DNA from: Octopus vulgaris
Taxonomy: Eukaryota
NCBI GenBank assembly: GCA_951406725.2
Contig: OX597815.1
Location: 39,060,001-39,124,000 of the forward strand
DNA: 64,000 bases
Direction: 5' to 3'
Part shown: piece by piece, positions 13,967 to 27,100 of the stretch
Layout of the letters: every line of letters begins with the position of its first letter
How positions within the stretch are numbered: the first letter of the stretch is position 1
Notes under the pieces: model-generated
What the model saw: only the letters and a program-made list of their open reading frames with translations
What the model was told of the DNA's origin: nothing
Databases searched by the model: none
Program-made: the position numbers and the translations under genes

Positions 13967-14209
13967 CTGTCAATAAAATAATGTAAATACTGAAAATGAC
14001 TGACAGACAGACAGAAAGAAAGGAGAGGAACAGAAGATTTTTATTCTGAAATTTTGAGTTCATACTGAAATACTTTTCTATTGAAAATTTGAGATAATCT
14101 AGAAAATCAATGTTAAAATACAGAAGCCTTTTTGATAAGGATCAACGTAAAATTTTGAAGAGATGAGTCATCGGTATTATATTTAGTGTTACTTATTGGC
14201 AGCCAAACA

Positions 14210-15850
14210 AGATGATGGTCGTGAACCCCCTCCATTTGATAGATCGGTACCTCCAATGCTTCGATTAATCATCACGCGGGACCAAGTCAAACGTGTTATT
14301 CAAGGCCTCGATGTCAACAAGGGTCACGGCCCTGACGGCATACACCCACGGGTTATCAAAGCGTTGGCTCCGGTCATCTGCGAGCCCTTAACACGACTAT
14401 TCAATATGTCATTGGCGACGGGTGTTATACCTGCAGACTGGAGAACAGCGATAATCTGCCCAATTTTCAAGAAAGGGAGCCGCGAAGACCCGCTTAACTA
14501 CCGACCGGTTTCCCTTACATCAATAATCAGCAAGATGTTCGAAACCATCCTTAAGAAAAGTATGATGCTCCACCTCCTAAACACAGCCTCGATCACTGAT
14601 TCCCAACACGGCTTCATGCCGAAGAGATCATGCTTGACCAACTTACTAGTAATGGAAGAATTGGTGACGCGCATCCTCGATGATAGTGATGCTGTTGACA
14701 TCGTTTTATTGGACTTTGCCAAAGCTTTTGACTCGGTAAACCACCGTCTACTACTTGTCAAGCTTCAAGCATATAGTTTCCATCCGGATATTGTACGATG
14801 GGTTGGTGCCTTCCTCTCAGATCGCTCCTTCCAAGTTCAAGTAAATGGTTCGCGGTCCGACGTCTCCAGTGCGAGCAGTGGCGTGCCTCAAGGTTCAGTG
14901 CTTGGGCCCTTGTTGTTCTTAGTCTTCATAAATGACTTGCCCGACGACCTCATGCAACACACCCTTCTATTTGCCGACGATATCAAACTGGTCGCTCCTC
15001 GCGGTAGTATAGAGGATCTTCGTCGGTGCCTCCACCAAATTTGGAAGTGGTCTAACGATTGGGACCTGTGTCTGAACGTGTCAAAGTGCTGTCATCTGCC
15101 TGTCGGCTCTACTCCTGCAACTCAACTTGATTTCGAGCCGGGTCGTCTGCTGCTGGAGAGGACCGATCAGGTAAAGGACCTGGGTATCTTGGTGGATTCC
15201 TCCTTTTCGCCTTCGGCCCAGTGCGTCCATGCTGCCAACAAAGCGCGCGGAATTCTGATTTTGATTCGACGGTCATTCGGAATGCTCACAGCAGCCATAT
15301 TCCTGTCACTCTATGTCACGCTGGTGAGACCCATATTGGAGTATGGGATTCAAGCCTCTTCTCCTTATCTCCTCAAAGACATACAGCACCTCGAAAGAGT
15401 CCAGAGGCTGGCTACCCGCATGGTTCATGGTCTCAAAAATTTGTCCTACGAAGAAAGGCTGAGGACGCTCGACCTTTATTCTCTTGAAAAACGCCGCCGC
15501 CGTGGTGATCTCATTCTCGCCCACAACATCATAAGCGGGAAGTGTAACCTCTCGAAAGAGCTGTTCTTCACTCCTGCTCCGGAGCGTCGGCTGCGGGGTC
15601 ATTCCGAAAAGCTCTACCTGCGATGATTTCATCTCAATCGAAGGAGAGGAGCTTTCTCCGTCCGGGTTGCAGATCCGTGGAACAAGCTGCCAGACGAGAT
15701 GGTGAAGATGCCGACGACCGCTTTGTTCAAAGCCTCCCTGGACCTCAAGTGGCCTGAACTTTTTACATGAACACCACCCTGTACTTAACTCCATGTCCCC
15801 CTACATGGCCTTGCTATTTGCTTTTGAGCCAAATTAACTAACTAACTAAC
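14210..15850 (+). mobile_element. Young 5'-truncated CR1-clade LINE (RT + C-terminal region + 3' UTR + (TAAC)n tail), antisense in a MYPT intron
   Basis: 476-aa ORF with GPDGIHPR, NYRPVSLTS, DFAKAFDSV, GVPQGSVLGPLLF, FADDIK. A single TGA at 15624-15626 interrupts a frame that continues (FSVRVADPWNKLP) to TGA at 15768-15770. Ends in aactaactaactaac. Much richer in GC and CpG than flanks. Confidence 0.95.
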
Positions 15851-16295
15851 ATGGCAGCATGTTGAGTGACATCACTGTTTATTTAGCTAGTTGTAAAATC
15901 AGTGTTCTTGCGATCATGTAAGCTGTAGTCTGTAATTTTCATGGACAGGAAGTTGGAACAAAGTGCCAGTGTGAAATTTTGCATTGAACTTGAGAAGTCT
16001 GCTACAGAGACCTTGAGCATTCTTTGACAAGTTTTTTGCACTCACCCTATTTGCCCGATTTAGCACCTGCGGACTTCCGCCTTTTCCCTAAGAACAAATC
16101 ACAGAAGGTCCTCAACTCACTTACAGAAAATGAATTGCAGGCAGGATTCCAAAAGTGGCAGGAAAGCTGGGACTGGTGTACTGCTGTATAAGGTGACTAT
16201 TTCGAAGGAGACGATGTTAAACTGAGGTAAGTTATTCTAAGTTGTCTTTTATTAAACATATCTAGTCTGAAAACCTCTTGATACCATCTCATACC
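15851..16295 (+). mobile_element. Internally deleted mariner-derived element (probably the one the LINE inserted into)
   Basis: YLPDLAPADFRLFP motif near 16048; 3' part similar to 48780-48990. Confidence 0.7.
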
Positions 16296-16808
16296 AAAAC
16301 TGAATTTACATTTTGATTTAGTAATCCAAGTACCCAAATGATTGGGAAATATTCTTAACAAATTTTACCATCTAATACTGACAGTGAGAAAAAACAAAAC
16401 AAAAGAAAAATAATAACTATGTTAAACTCTCTCAACTAAAATGGCTCCTTAAAGATAATAAACAAAAAAATTATGAAGCTTTCAAACAACTGTAGGAGTC
16501 AGAGTGAATAAGTAACAAATATATGGGCTGATACAAGAATATTTTCCAATGACATCAAAATTACAGCATAAGGCATAAATAAAAAAGATAACCCAATTAG
16601 TGTTATTTTTCAAAGTGACAACAGCAAGTATTACTGGAAACACTAACAAAACTGTTTAAAAGAAAAATTTATTTGAAGTGATAAAAAAATATCTTGAAGG
16701 AAAATATAATAAGGGTCACTTAAATGGCTTGATTACACAACTTAAACAAAACACTGGTGTGTTTACAACCAAAAAGGAATAGTCATAACAACAGAACTGG
16801 TTACTTAC

Positions 16809-16955
16809 CCTTTTCTGTTGGTTTGACTCAATTGAACTACCTTCATGTAATCTTCGAAACCTTTCCAGTTCTAATTTCATCGCCGAAAGTTCCCGTTTGC
16901 TCGTATCAAGCTCTTTCTTTAACCTATTTGTGTCGTCTTTTTCATTTTCATAAAG
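16809..16955 (-). CDS. PPP1R12A: Internal coding exon of MYPT (C-terminal coiled coil; 147 nt, phase 0-0)
   Basis: LYENEKDDTNRLKKELDTSKRELSAMKLELERFRRLHEGSSIESNQQKR; acceptor ttattttatgaatag, donor AGG|gtaagt. Confidence 0.92.
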
Positions 16956-17109
16956 CTATTCATAAAATAAAGCAGCACTTATTAAACACAATCTTGAAAT
17001 GATTAGAGTTACTAAAAAAAATCAACAAATGTTTACATGTTTCTTTTCTTCTAACTTATTTTTCAGAGATTCCTATCTAGCCACTAGCTCAGGAATGAAA
17101 TTTGCTTAA

Positions 17110-17330
17110 CCCTTTCGTTACTGTATTTATTTTGAGATGCTCTGTGTTTCTTCCAATTATTTTAAATATAACAAAGAATCTAGTAATTTAACTTAGTTAT
17201 CATTAAGCTAGTGTTTGGAACATAAACTGTGACTAAGATTTGGTGGAAGATTTGAATCCAAAACTTATGAAAACAAGACATTTATACTAAAGAGCCAGAG
17301 CCGGTTTCAGCCGGGTTGGTAATGAAGGGG
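17110..17330. mobile_element. piggyBac-type MITE (TTAA target duplication)
   Basis: ttaa|ccctttcgttac ... gtaatgaagggg|ttaa; a related copy in opposite orientation lies at 39889-40112. Confidence 0.8.
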
Positions 17331-17612
17331 TTAAAGGGGTGCAAACACAAGTCCAAAAGTCTGTAAACAAGGATTTATGTGTTTCATTGTTCTCTGAAAA
17401 GAAACCTAACTTCAAGCTGCTTTTATACCAATCACTTTTTACGCAATTTTCTAAACCTGAAAAAAAAAAAAAAAATGGGAGTGCAAATTTTGATTTTGCA
17501 CCCTGCAAACAATTTTACAGGGTGCACTTGCACCCCCTGTAACTAGCTACCATTAAGAGAGCACAAGCAAGCAATTGGCAATATTCAGTGGTAAATATCA
17601 ATCAATACTTAC

Positions 17613-17771
17613 TTTTTTGTAATCTATGTCTAATGAAGGTGTTGATTTACTCAAACCAGCATAAGAACTTGGTCGATCGGAGCGACTGTGGCGGTCTGTG
17701 ATGGACGGAGGGATGTCGGATGTTGACACGCACCGGCTGCTAGTACCACTGTTTATTCGACTGTTAAGGCT
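17613..17771 (-). CDS. PPP1R12A: Internal coding exon of MYPT (Ser-rich region to DYKK; 159 nt, phase 0-0)
   Basis: SLNSRINSGTSSRCVSTSDIPPSITDRHSRSDRPSSYAGLSKSTPSLDIDYKK; acceptor ttgtcctcttttcag, donor AAA|gtaagt; joins the next exon to give DYKK-LYE, the start of the MYPT C-terminal coiled coil. Confidence 0.92.
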
Positions 17772-18174
17772 CTGAAAAGAGGACAAATGTTTATTAACAG
17801 CACTATTATCTTCACAGGGATGCATGACTGACTGCAGTTTCAAAATATGACAATGTAATGAAGTGAACATAGTAATGACAAGAAAATATAAACAAAACAA
17901 AAAAAACATATGAAGCCAATAAAACAAGATTGATCCACTTGTATGAGCAATGCAATGTTTATACTTACTGAAAAAAGATATATAATACATGATAAATATG
18001 ATACAAATAATATATGTAAACACAGGAATAGCTGTATGATTAAGATTTGGTTTATAACCATGGTCTTTCGGGTTCAATGCTACTGGGCAACATCATGGGT
18101 GTCTTCTATTATATATAACTAAGTTGATCAATGTCTTGTGAATGAAATTAGGCTGGAGGAAACTACCAAAACTC

Positions 18175-18221
<47 letters not shown>

Positions 18222-18240
18222 GCGCACGTGATCACATTAA

Positions 18241-18438
18241 CCCATTATTCTGTCAAAAGTAAGGTTTATTTATTCTCATTGTTTTGAATTAATCTGCATT
18301 GCCTTGTAGCTTTTGATGAGGCAACTTAATTTTTAGAATGATATTGTAAGGTTGGTGTAAGAGGCCAGATCTGGCCAGTTCAAACATAATGCAGGTAGAG
18401 TATTTTGGCCAGATATGGCTTGTTTAAATGCTAAAGGG
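18241..18438. mobile_element. piggyBac-type MITE (second family)
   Basis: ttaa|ccc ... gctaaaggg|ttaa; homologous to 38120-38781 and to the ends of 41089-43100. Confidence 0.75.
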
Positions 18439-21007
18439 TTAAAACCACTTAGGCTCCAGTGACGCAATTATGTCCTACATAACGTCCATGACAAGTTATG
18501 CATAAAGACCATGGAAAAACTACCTTACATGAAAACAAGGTTTGGCATCAAAGAGGGCATCTAACCGACCATAGAATATTACCTTAAGTGGTCACACCCA
18601 CCTTGCTACCATTGGAAAAGTAGACGCAAAATTAGTGATGATTGACATGCACACACGTACATTCACGTATACCTACATACATAACATGCAAATCTTTTTA
18701 TATTTTTGTCTGCTTTCTCTACTGGCATGGCTTGGACAAGTAGTCACAGTCCAAATAAGTTAATCGAAGTTAATACCTTCTTTGACATGTAGGAAGATTA
18801 TGTCTCGTCAGCACATTCTGGCTTTTGGCATGATTTCTACATCTGGATGCTCTTTCTCACACTGACCACTATACAGAATATACTAGGTGCATTTTATTGT
18901 GGAACCCACAGTAGAGAAGTGCCATGCCCCTGACAAGACTAAAGATTCATCTTGATCCTACATTGTCTATGTTCAATTCACCAACCATTTTGTGTACTGG
19001 GTGCATTTTATTGTGGCACCAAAGAGTGAAAGAGTGAGTGATGACAGAAAATGAGCTTAAGGTGAGATAGTAACAAATGCGAAAGTATGACAAGAGGAAT
19101 AGAATTATTAGCACAAGAGGGAGCTAAATGAGAGAGTAACAAAAGACAGAGCTAGAGAGAGAGAGAGAGTAATGAGAGAATAGTAATGCTAAAGGTTAAT
19201 GAGAGAGGAAATGATGGTTATGGAAGTAAAATAGCTAAGAGAAAGCTTCGTTTCATAAGGCATTGTGATAAAGGAAAGTGGTAGAATGATAAGATGGCAG
19301 GGGTATTGAATAGGGAAAGATACAGCACTAACTCAAATTTGTGTGTGTGCGTGTGTGGAAACTGAATATTTTACAGATTTTCTAACTTTTATTTCGATGC
19401 ACAAACTATGCATCGTTATAGCATTGTTTTATGATGTTAAAGCTACACAACCATCTGAGTGTCAGTAATATAATAAATTCTGGATTTCTCTAGCTGCAAA
19501 GTGATCTAACAACCCATTGTAATGATCAACATACAGTGAAGATTAATCTTCAAACTCTTCTATTATGGCCTGGAGACAAACAGAATTGGGTTGGGAACTG
19601 AACTGTGAGATCTCACCCAACAGGCATGCAAAATCTGTCAATGTAATCAATGCTGATTGCACTTCTATACGTGGCTTATATCACCACATACACACACATA
19701 TACAACTATTATAAGTTTCAGCCACTAGAATGTAGCTATGGTAGAGCACCACATTGAAAGGTTTTTTTTAGTTGCTTGTACTGACCCTAGTAGTTATGTC
19801 GCTTTCAAATTTAGGCACAAGGCCAGCAATTGCAGGGGAAAGGTTAAATCGATTACATCAACCCTGAAAGGATGAAAGGTAAAGTTGACTCCAGTGGCAT
19901 TTGAACTCAGAACATGAAGTCAAACAAAATGATACTAAGCATTTTGCCTGGCATGGTAATGATTCTGATAGCAGGCCACCTTAAACCCCAGTGGTTATAT
20001 TAAAATCTGGTACTCATCACTGTTGCCAAACAGTGAATTAACAAGGTATAAACACAAAGTACCATCTTCCAAACAGCGTCAACACAAATATAGACACAAA
20101 GACAGCCATATGCATGCATACACACACACACACATTGAGCTTCTGCACAATGAGTTTCCCATAACCAATTTACTGACAAGGAACTCATCAGCTCAGGGCT
20201 ATAAGAGAAGACGTCTGCCCAAGACGTAATACAGTGGGACTGAAGCCAAGCTAAGTGAAATGCTACTGATATAAAACAATCATACTTGTCTATCATTCTG
20301 AAATATTAGATTCAACAATGTTTAAGACTAACATGAATTACAGGAACTGTTCAGGTGTGAAAAAATAATCCAGTGTACCAACACAGAATACACATTTCTA
20401 ACAGGTGTTTGAATATTTCTGCAGGGAAACAAAAATTAGACATACTACATATAGCTATGTACGTATATATGCATGGACAGACACAGGCAAATGTGTACAC
20501 ACAACTATGCTGTTATTGAGGATACTTAATATCAAATTCAGACAATTCTCAATAAAGCTGAAATGTCTTAAATTTGAAAATTAATTCCAACTACAAATTA
20601 CTACTAATTGATAGCATGCACCATTACAGTATTGAACAATAAAGTAAATTTGAAAGCTCTGTAAGTCTACAAAATTAATGAATTGAGTTAAGAGTGTGTG
20701 GACAAAACATTTGATGAATAACTGTACTTGAGCAGGGTAATCCTATAAAAATAATAGCCATTATCAATTTGCTAACTGAGCTACATTTTCAAACTCATAA
20801 TTATTATAAGAAGCAATCACAGTCAGTACACTGATATGGTTTGATGAATATTTAACAGGACAGCTTAACAATAAAACAATAGTTTGAGGGCAAAATGACA
20901 ACTTATAACAAGCTGGTATAACTAGGTCAACAAAAGAGGGATTATAATCTGGTTAGTAACATCAAATATTTAACTAGTTAATACTCATATAGTTCTATAT
21001 CTAAGAG

Positions 21008-21150
21008 ATGGGGAATTATGTACATTATTTACATTTGACAGATATTTGTCCTCATCTTGTATGTTAATACAACATTTTGGCTGGTATACCCTCCAGCCTT
21101 CTTCAGTCTGATGAAGACTGGAGGGTATATCAAATAATGTAAATAATGGT
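21008..21150. mobile_element. Collapsed copy of the palindromic Penelope-like repeat
   Basis: ggaattatgtacattatttaca...ctccagccttc followed by inverted ctgatgaagactggagggtatatc; homologous to 29920-30385. Confidence 0.65.
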
Positions 21151-24055
21151 TAATAATCACTTTACAATATGTGATGTATAAATGGCTTCCTAGGTATACT
21201 TTCATTATCAGAAATATTTTAGAGTCACAAAATCTGATAGTACAAAATTATTTTGCAAACACGTACAAAAGAACTGAATACTATACTAGATCAATTCTAT
21301 AAACTTCATTGATGTAATTAATTATGTTTTGTTGAAATATTTGTGACTAAAACAGGTTCTATTGCTAACTTTAATAGCACAACTGTTTGTAAAAAAATGG
21401 TAGAAATTATATTTCCCATAGAACCCTCTCAAATATGTAGAAAAGATCAAGGAGAAATATGATTTATCAACTACTATCACTGACACTTACGCAACTACAT
21501 ATATCTACACTTAAAGAATTACAGAAAGCATCACACACTTGTTGAATTTATAAAAACGATGTGAACATAGTTGGTCCTGATTTGAAGGAATTTCTGAGTT
21601 AAAGGTCTAATTTTGGGAGACTGATAAAAATTACAAAGTTTCTTCACAGTAAGGAATCCTTGCAGAATTCAAAGCTTTCTGTCAACCTTGGATTGATGTT
21701 TACTCTTTGACACATTTTAAAGCCTAAACATACAATTCAGACTGCTGCCTTAATAAAAGGCTGAAATTACAATATGGTGTGTGTCTCATCTTTGTATCTA
21801 GTTTTCAGAAAAGAACTTTCAGAACAAGTCATTGTCCCTATCTCCCAACTCTATGTTAAATCAAATAGCCTAATTACATTTCTAATATCTCCCACCTCAC
21901 TCTCATGCATAGGTACTACCTCATTTTCCTAAACTCTGACTTCTTTCACTAATAAACCAAGAATGCTCCAAAACTGACCTCTTGCTAAAGAAAAAAAAAC
22001 AAAAAAACAGTCTGATGTTTTATAAACAGAAAATGTTTGGTCTCTTTGAAACAAACGTTTCAGGCAGATGGCTCTAATCATTATCAATGAATCCTGAAAT
22101 AACTAAAATGAGATAATACTGTAGATTCTTTAACACTAACAGTATGAAAAGAGAAATTTGAGATGCAATGGCTATTTTCAGCCCTTCAACCAAATGTTTA
22201 GTAGTAAAACACTAACTACAGTTGAAAATAATTTGTAGGCTTCCCTTGATGATGGTGGTGATGATTATAATGAACATCAACAGGCAGATTTTTCAAGTTA
22301 GCAAATTTATTTACTAATGTTTCTCTTTTTTCTTTTTATAATTAAATTGATAAGCTTGTTGGTTAACAAATGTTCTTCCTTACTGTCAGCTTATGTTCGT
22401 TTACATTCTTCTACTTTAACACTATAGGGTTAACAAATTAGAGAGAAAAAAATGAAAAGTGTGAGGGAAGAGAGAGAATGTATATTAAATTTAGAAAGAA
22501 CTATAAACCAAGTTGTAACAACAGTGAAACAAAGATTACATTTATAATGCAATGTGAAGCATAGTTTCTTAAGTATTATTGCAAATGTTTGAAACTAATT
22601 TCTTATTCAGAAAGGTTTAACCAGTGTCCAGATAGTATTTACATTAATGAAGAGAGATTTATTCATTTTATAACGAAAAGAAAAAGAAATTCAAATTACA
22701 AGGGAATAAAACATCACTTTGTATCATCATTTTTGAATAGTTTGAAGAAAATGAGTAGCAGCCAAGGTCCTTTTGCAATGACACTAGGATTATTTGAGAA
22801 TGGGGAGAAGAATTTGAGATCCTTATGTTGGAGAGCTAGCCTAAATGTTTACCATGTAATAGACTATATACTTAAAACATTCCACAAGTAATAGGGGCTA
22901 TGTTAGACCAGGTTAGAGCATTTGTTTGTAATTCTCATAATCACAAGTAATTCTCATAATCACAAAATGTTCCAGTTGATATGATCAACAGAGCAACCTG
23001 CTCATGAAATTAGCATGAAAGTCACTGAACACTCCATACACTCATACCCTTAACGTAGTTCTCAAGGAAGTTCAGTGTGACACAATGTGACAAGGCTGTC
23101 CCTTTGAAATATAGGTACTACTCAAATCTACTAACTGAGTGAACTAGAGCAACATGAAATAAAGTATCTTGCTCAAGGACAAAATATGATCCAGAAAATA
23201 GAGAATGGAGTGGGTTTTACAACACAACCAACTCAACAAATCTTTGCAACTGTGTGTGTGTGTGTGTGTGTGTACACATCGAAGCCAAGAATTTCATAAC
23301 GAGATACATTCTTGAGCAACCACTAATCCAATATAAAACCCAAAAGAACTATTGTTGCAGTAAAAGTGGACAAATCACTAAATAATGAAAATGAACGTAT
23401 TGTAGCTCAAGAAACGTTAGAAATATTTTGGAGCAGGAAGTTTAAAAAGTAGCTATGGTGCAATTGTCTCAGCTCCTATCATCTAATTATAGAGGAGGAA
23501 AAATACAAAAACAGGTGTTATCTGTTGAAATAGAAATGTGTGTGTGTGTGAGCGCACACCATTTCCTGACAATGTATACAGTGAAAGTAATGGTCTATGA
23601 AATGAATGATTATTGGCTTAATGTCTACAGTTTTGCTAATGTGTTATACATATCTACAGGCCAAGGGCATTAGTGCATCAAGACTAGCTGGGGGAAGAAA
23701 TGCTATTAAAAGATTGCTATTTAGTAGTTTAGTTCTCCAGAAGTTGAGTGTGCATGCAATTTGAGTATGAACTGTAACAATAAAGGTAATAAGTGATAAT
23801 TAGAGTACATTGTAAACTTCATCTGTGTGCACACTACACACTAATCTTATTTCCTTTCTATAATAATAATGATGATGATTGCTATAATCTTAGAATTCTA
23901 GAGGGCATCACTGAGGAGGTATCATTTAAAAAAAATTTTTTTTTTTTTTTATAAATCAGTTTAGAAATAAAGTTCACATAAATTTCGCTTAAAACTGACA
24001 ATCAATGAAAAGGATTGTCCAAGAGAAAAGCTTTGTAGAGATTTTAGAATGTCCA

Positions 24056-24103
24056 CACTGTCATCTTGCAGACGTCGGCATGGACATCTGCAAGATGACA
24101 GTG
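24056..24103. repeat. Short inverted repeat (21-bp arms, 6-nt loop)
   Basis: cactgtcatcttgcagacgtc-ggcatg-gacatctgcaagatgacagtg; one mismatch, which is a G-U pair on the minus strand. Confidence 0.9.
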
Positions 24104-27100
24104 GATGTAGGTAATATTTATTAAAAAGATTTGCAGAAAGGTTACTGTCCTAAGTCATACTTTATATAGATGAATGTTTGCACACCCATCTTACTTTTAT
24201 TGAAGAAAATACTAAGATTTAAATTACAACCTCAGCAGCTGGTTGTCTAGAAAAGTTAACAGGTTTTATATGAAGATTGATTAAATATAATGATATACTG
24301 TTATATTTTCCTAACATTGGTAAAACCCAAGGAACAAAGTATATGAATCCAAAAATTCCATCTTAAATGCTGGAACTTCAGTTTCACAAAAGGAAAAAAA
24401 AAAACAGTTGAAAGTTTATACCACAAATATTAGTAACATTTTAAACAGAGAAAAGTTTTATAACACTATGACCTACTTGACACACATAGGATTAATATTT
24501 GTTAGCAAATCAAACAAACAGACAAAATGACTATAAGGGGGAAAAAAGATGTTGCCTTGCTATGTTTCTTCTGCTTATTATCAGCGCTTTGCTGGGTAAA
24601 TATTTGTTTATCTCTTTTCAAAAGACTGACAATATGCTAAACTAATACAATTTTAAAATACTGGAGTATAAAAATATATGAACCAATCAAAAGATGAGAA
24701 AAATTAACAAACAAAAATTCCAAAAGAACTTAATGAAAAAATACTTTTATTTCAAAGAGAACTTGTTCTCCTTGTGGCAAAAAGTAGTTTGAATCATTGT
24801 GTTAATCTAAGAGAAAGCTCCTTTAATTAATATTTTAAACTAGTTTACATTTTATCAAGAACAAGATATGTTAGTTAACCAACATTTGAGAGAATTAGTT
24901 AAAAATCTAATCTAATAAACTTTGAAATAGAACCTAACAGAACAGGGGGTAAGCTTGAAGATTTTGTGAATTCATTCAACAAGTTGTTTTTAAATTAATA
25001 GCAATAGATGTAAATACCAACCTGTATAATTAATAAATTATCTTAGACGCATAATTGGATCCATCTACATTTTCCAAGGCAGATTATGATGGAGTGTGTT
25101 GAGCCATGTAACCAACAAGTCTCGAGCATTTAAGATTAAATTTCAGTGGGGAGAAAGATAGAGACTAGGCGGTTATAGTTTTCATGTTTTGTAAGTGCTA
25201 TTAATGATGGTAATTTTAGGGAGTTGTATTATTGAGAAAGTATGACAACTAACAAAAATTGGTAAAAAGACAGAAGAGGGGAGGAAAAAAACTAAAAAAA
25301 AAAAAAATAATAATAGTGGAAAAGGCAACTTGAATTTCAATTGTACTAAATAATTGAAAAATATCAATGTTTATACATTAAAAAAAAAGTAATTGAGAAC
25401 CAACCATGTATACATGTAGCTGCCAGTTTAGTACAGGTTAGTGAGGGAACCAAATAGCAATCAAGAAGCACGCAAAATAAATTTATCTAGCAAAACGGGA
25501 AAGAAAAAACTGAGATCCCATGCAAATTAGTTTCTTCAAACAAAACATTAAAAAAGGGGGAAAAAAATAAGGTAGGGGGCTAATTTAGAATTTGTTACAT
25601 TCAGAGTTGACATTTAATTTCTGAAAATTCTTGTTTTAAAAGTAAATCAAAGAAAAGAAAATGAGGCAGGTTATTGAAGATGCACATCACAATGGAATCA
25701 GTCAATAATCTGACAAAATTTTCAAATAACAGAACCAAACTGGTGTATAAACATTTTGCTTATAACTAAAAAGTAAATTATGCTTAATAAAATTCATAAT
25801 AATCTGACATACATAAGTAGAGTGTGTTAGTAATATTGTCTCAAGCAACAAAATACAAAAAGAAAAGATCATCCTTGACATGGATTATTTTTCTTTCAAA
25901 TAAGCCATTTGCTGTATGATATAAATGTGCATGTGTGACATTGCTGAAGTATTGATAGAAGGGTTAGGAAACTACAGATGAAATATAAATGAAACTAGGT
26001 ATGGAAAAAAAACATAAGTTGCAAGCATACATATACAATGCTATAGTTTATTAAATATCCTTTACCTACAAATAACAGATGGAAATAAAAAGACTTTCGG
26101 TGGATCTGACTTAACTGTCAATATGATATACAGCTTCATTAATTTTTTTTTTAAATCACAGTGATAAAAATTACAATGTCCTCATAGGAGCACTACAATC
26201 TTCTGATCTTACAAAGCTTTCAGTAGATCACTTTCTGTAGCAGTCGTTTAAGAATACTTAAAGATGGCCCTCAAAAGATACCTGTCACACTTCTCAAAGT
26301 CTGCTCTGAATCTACTTAAATTTCAGTGTGCAATAAGATATCCGTTCCTTCCTCACAAGAATGAAATTACAAGAAGCCTATTAAGAGTGGTTGATACTGA
26401 TTAATCAACATCCACATATACAGAACACTAAAACAGTCATGATTTCTACAACACAATAGAAAACTGATAAAACAATAGACAAAAACGAATCAGGGGTGGG
26501 AGAGAAAATACAAATTGATTTTAAAGAGCATATAAAAAGTGTAGAAAAATAAAGAAGATTTCCAGAGAAACTATGCAAAATAAAATTATAGATTGTAATT
26601 TTTTTTTTTTAATTTCTTAGATGAGAAAAGCATATTCAAGACCCTTTCAAGTCCTCTGATACAAGTGGAAAGTTATTCTAAGATCAGAGCCCTAGCCTAA
26701 ATTCTTGAAACATGGTGACACAAAAGGATCAAACAATTACCACATATAAAATAAAACAATGATGAGATTAATTTAACCTTACTGCATCAGTGTTGCCTGT
26801 ATATTTCTATTCTCTAATTTAATGAGTTATGTTTCTGGTTCTTTTTTAAAAGAAAAAAAAAAGCACACCTAAAAGAATATTAATGTATATTAAATCAGCA
26901 TAACTTTTCATATTTGTGTTACTAAGGATGCTAGTAATACATGTAATTATGAAGAGTTCTATGTCTGACTAGATTACCAGCCTATGTGTGTAAAATACTG
27001 AAACACTTATTTATTACTAATGACATAAGCAGGCATTAATAAGAGTTACAGGTACTTTCTCATTCAACAGACTTTTAAGTAGTTGGTAGCAAGAAAATAA

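Noticed and set aside
14498-15794. Antisense and alternate-frame ORFs overlapping the RT
   Set aside because: Shadow frames of a GC-rich LINE coding sequence.
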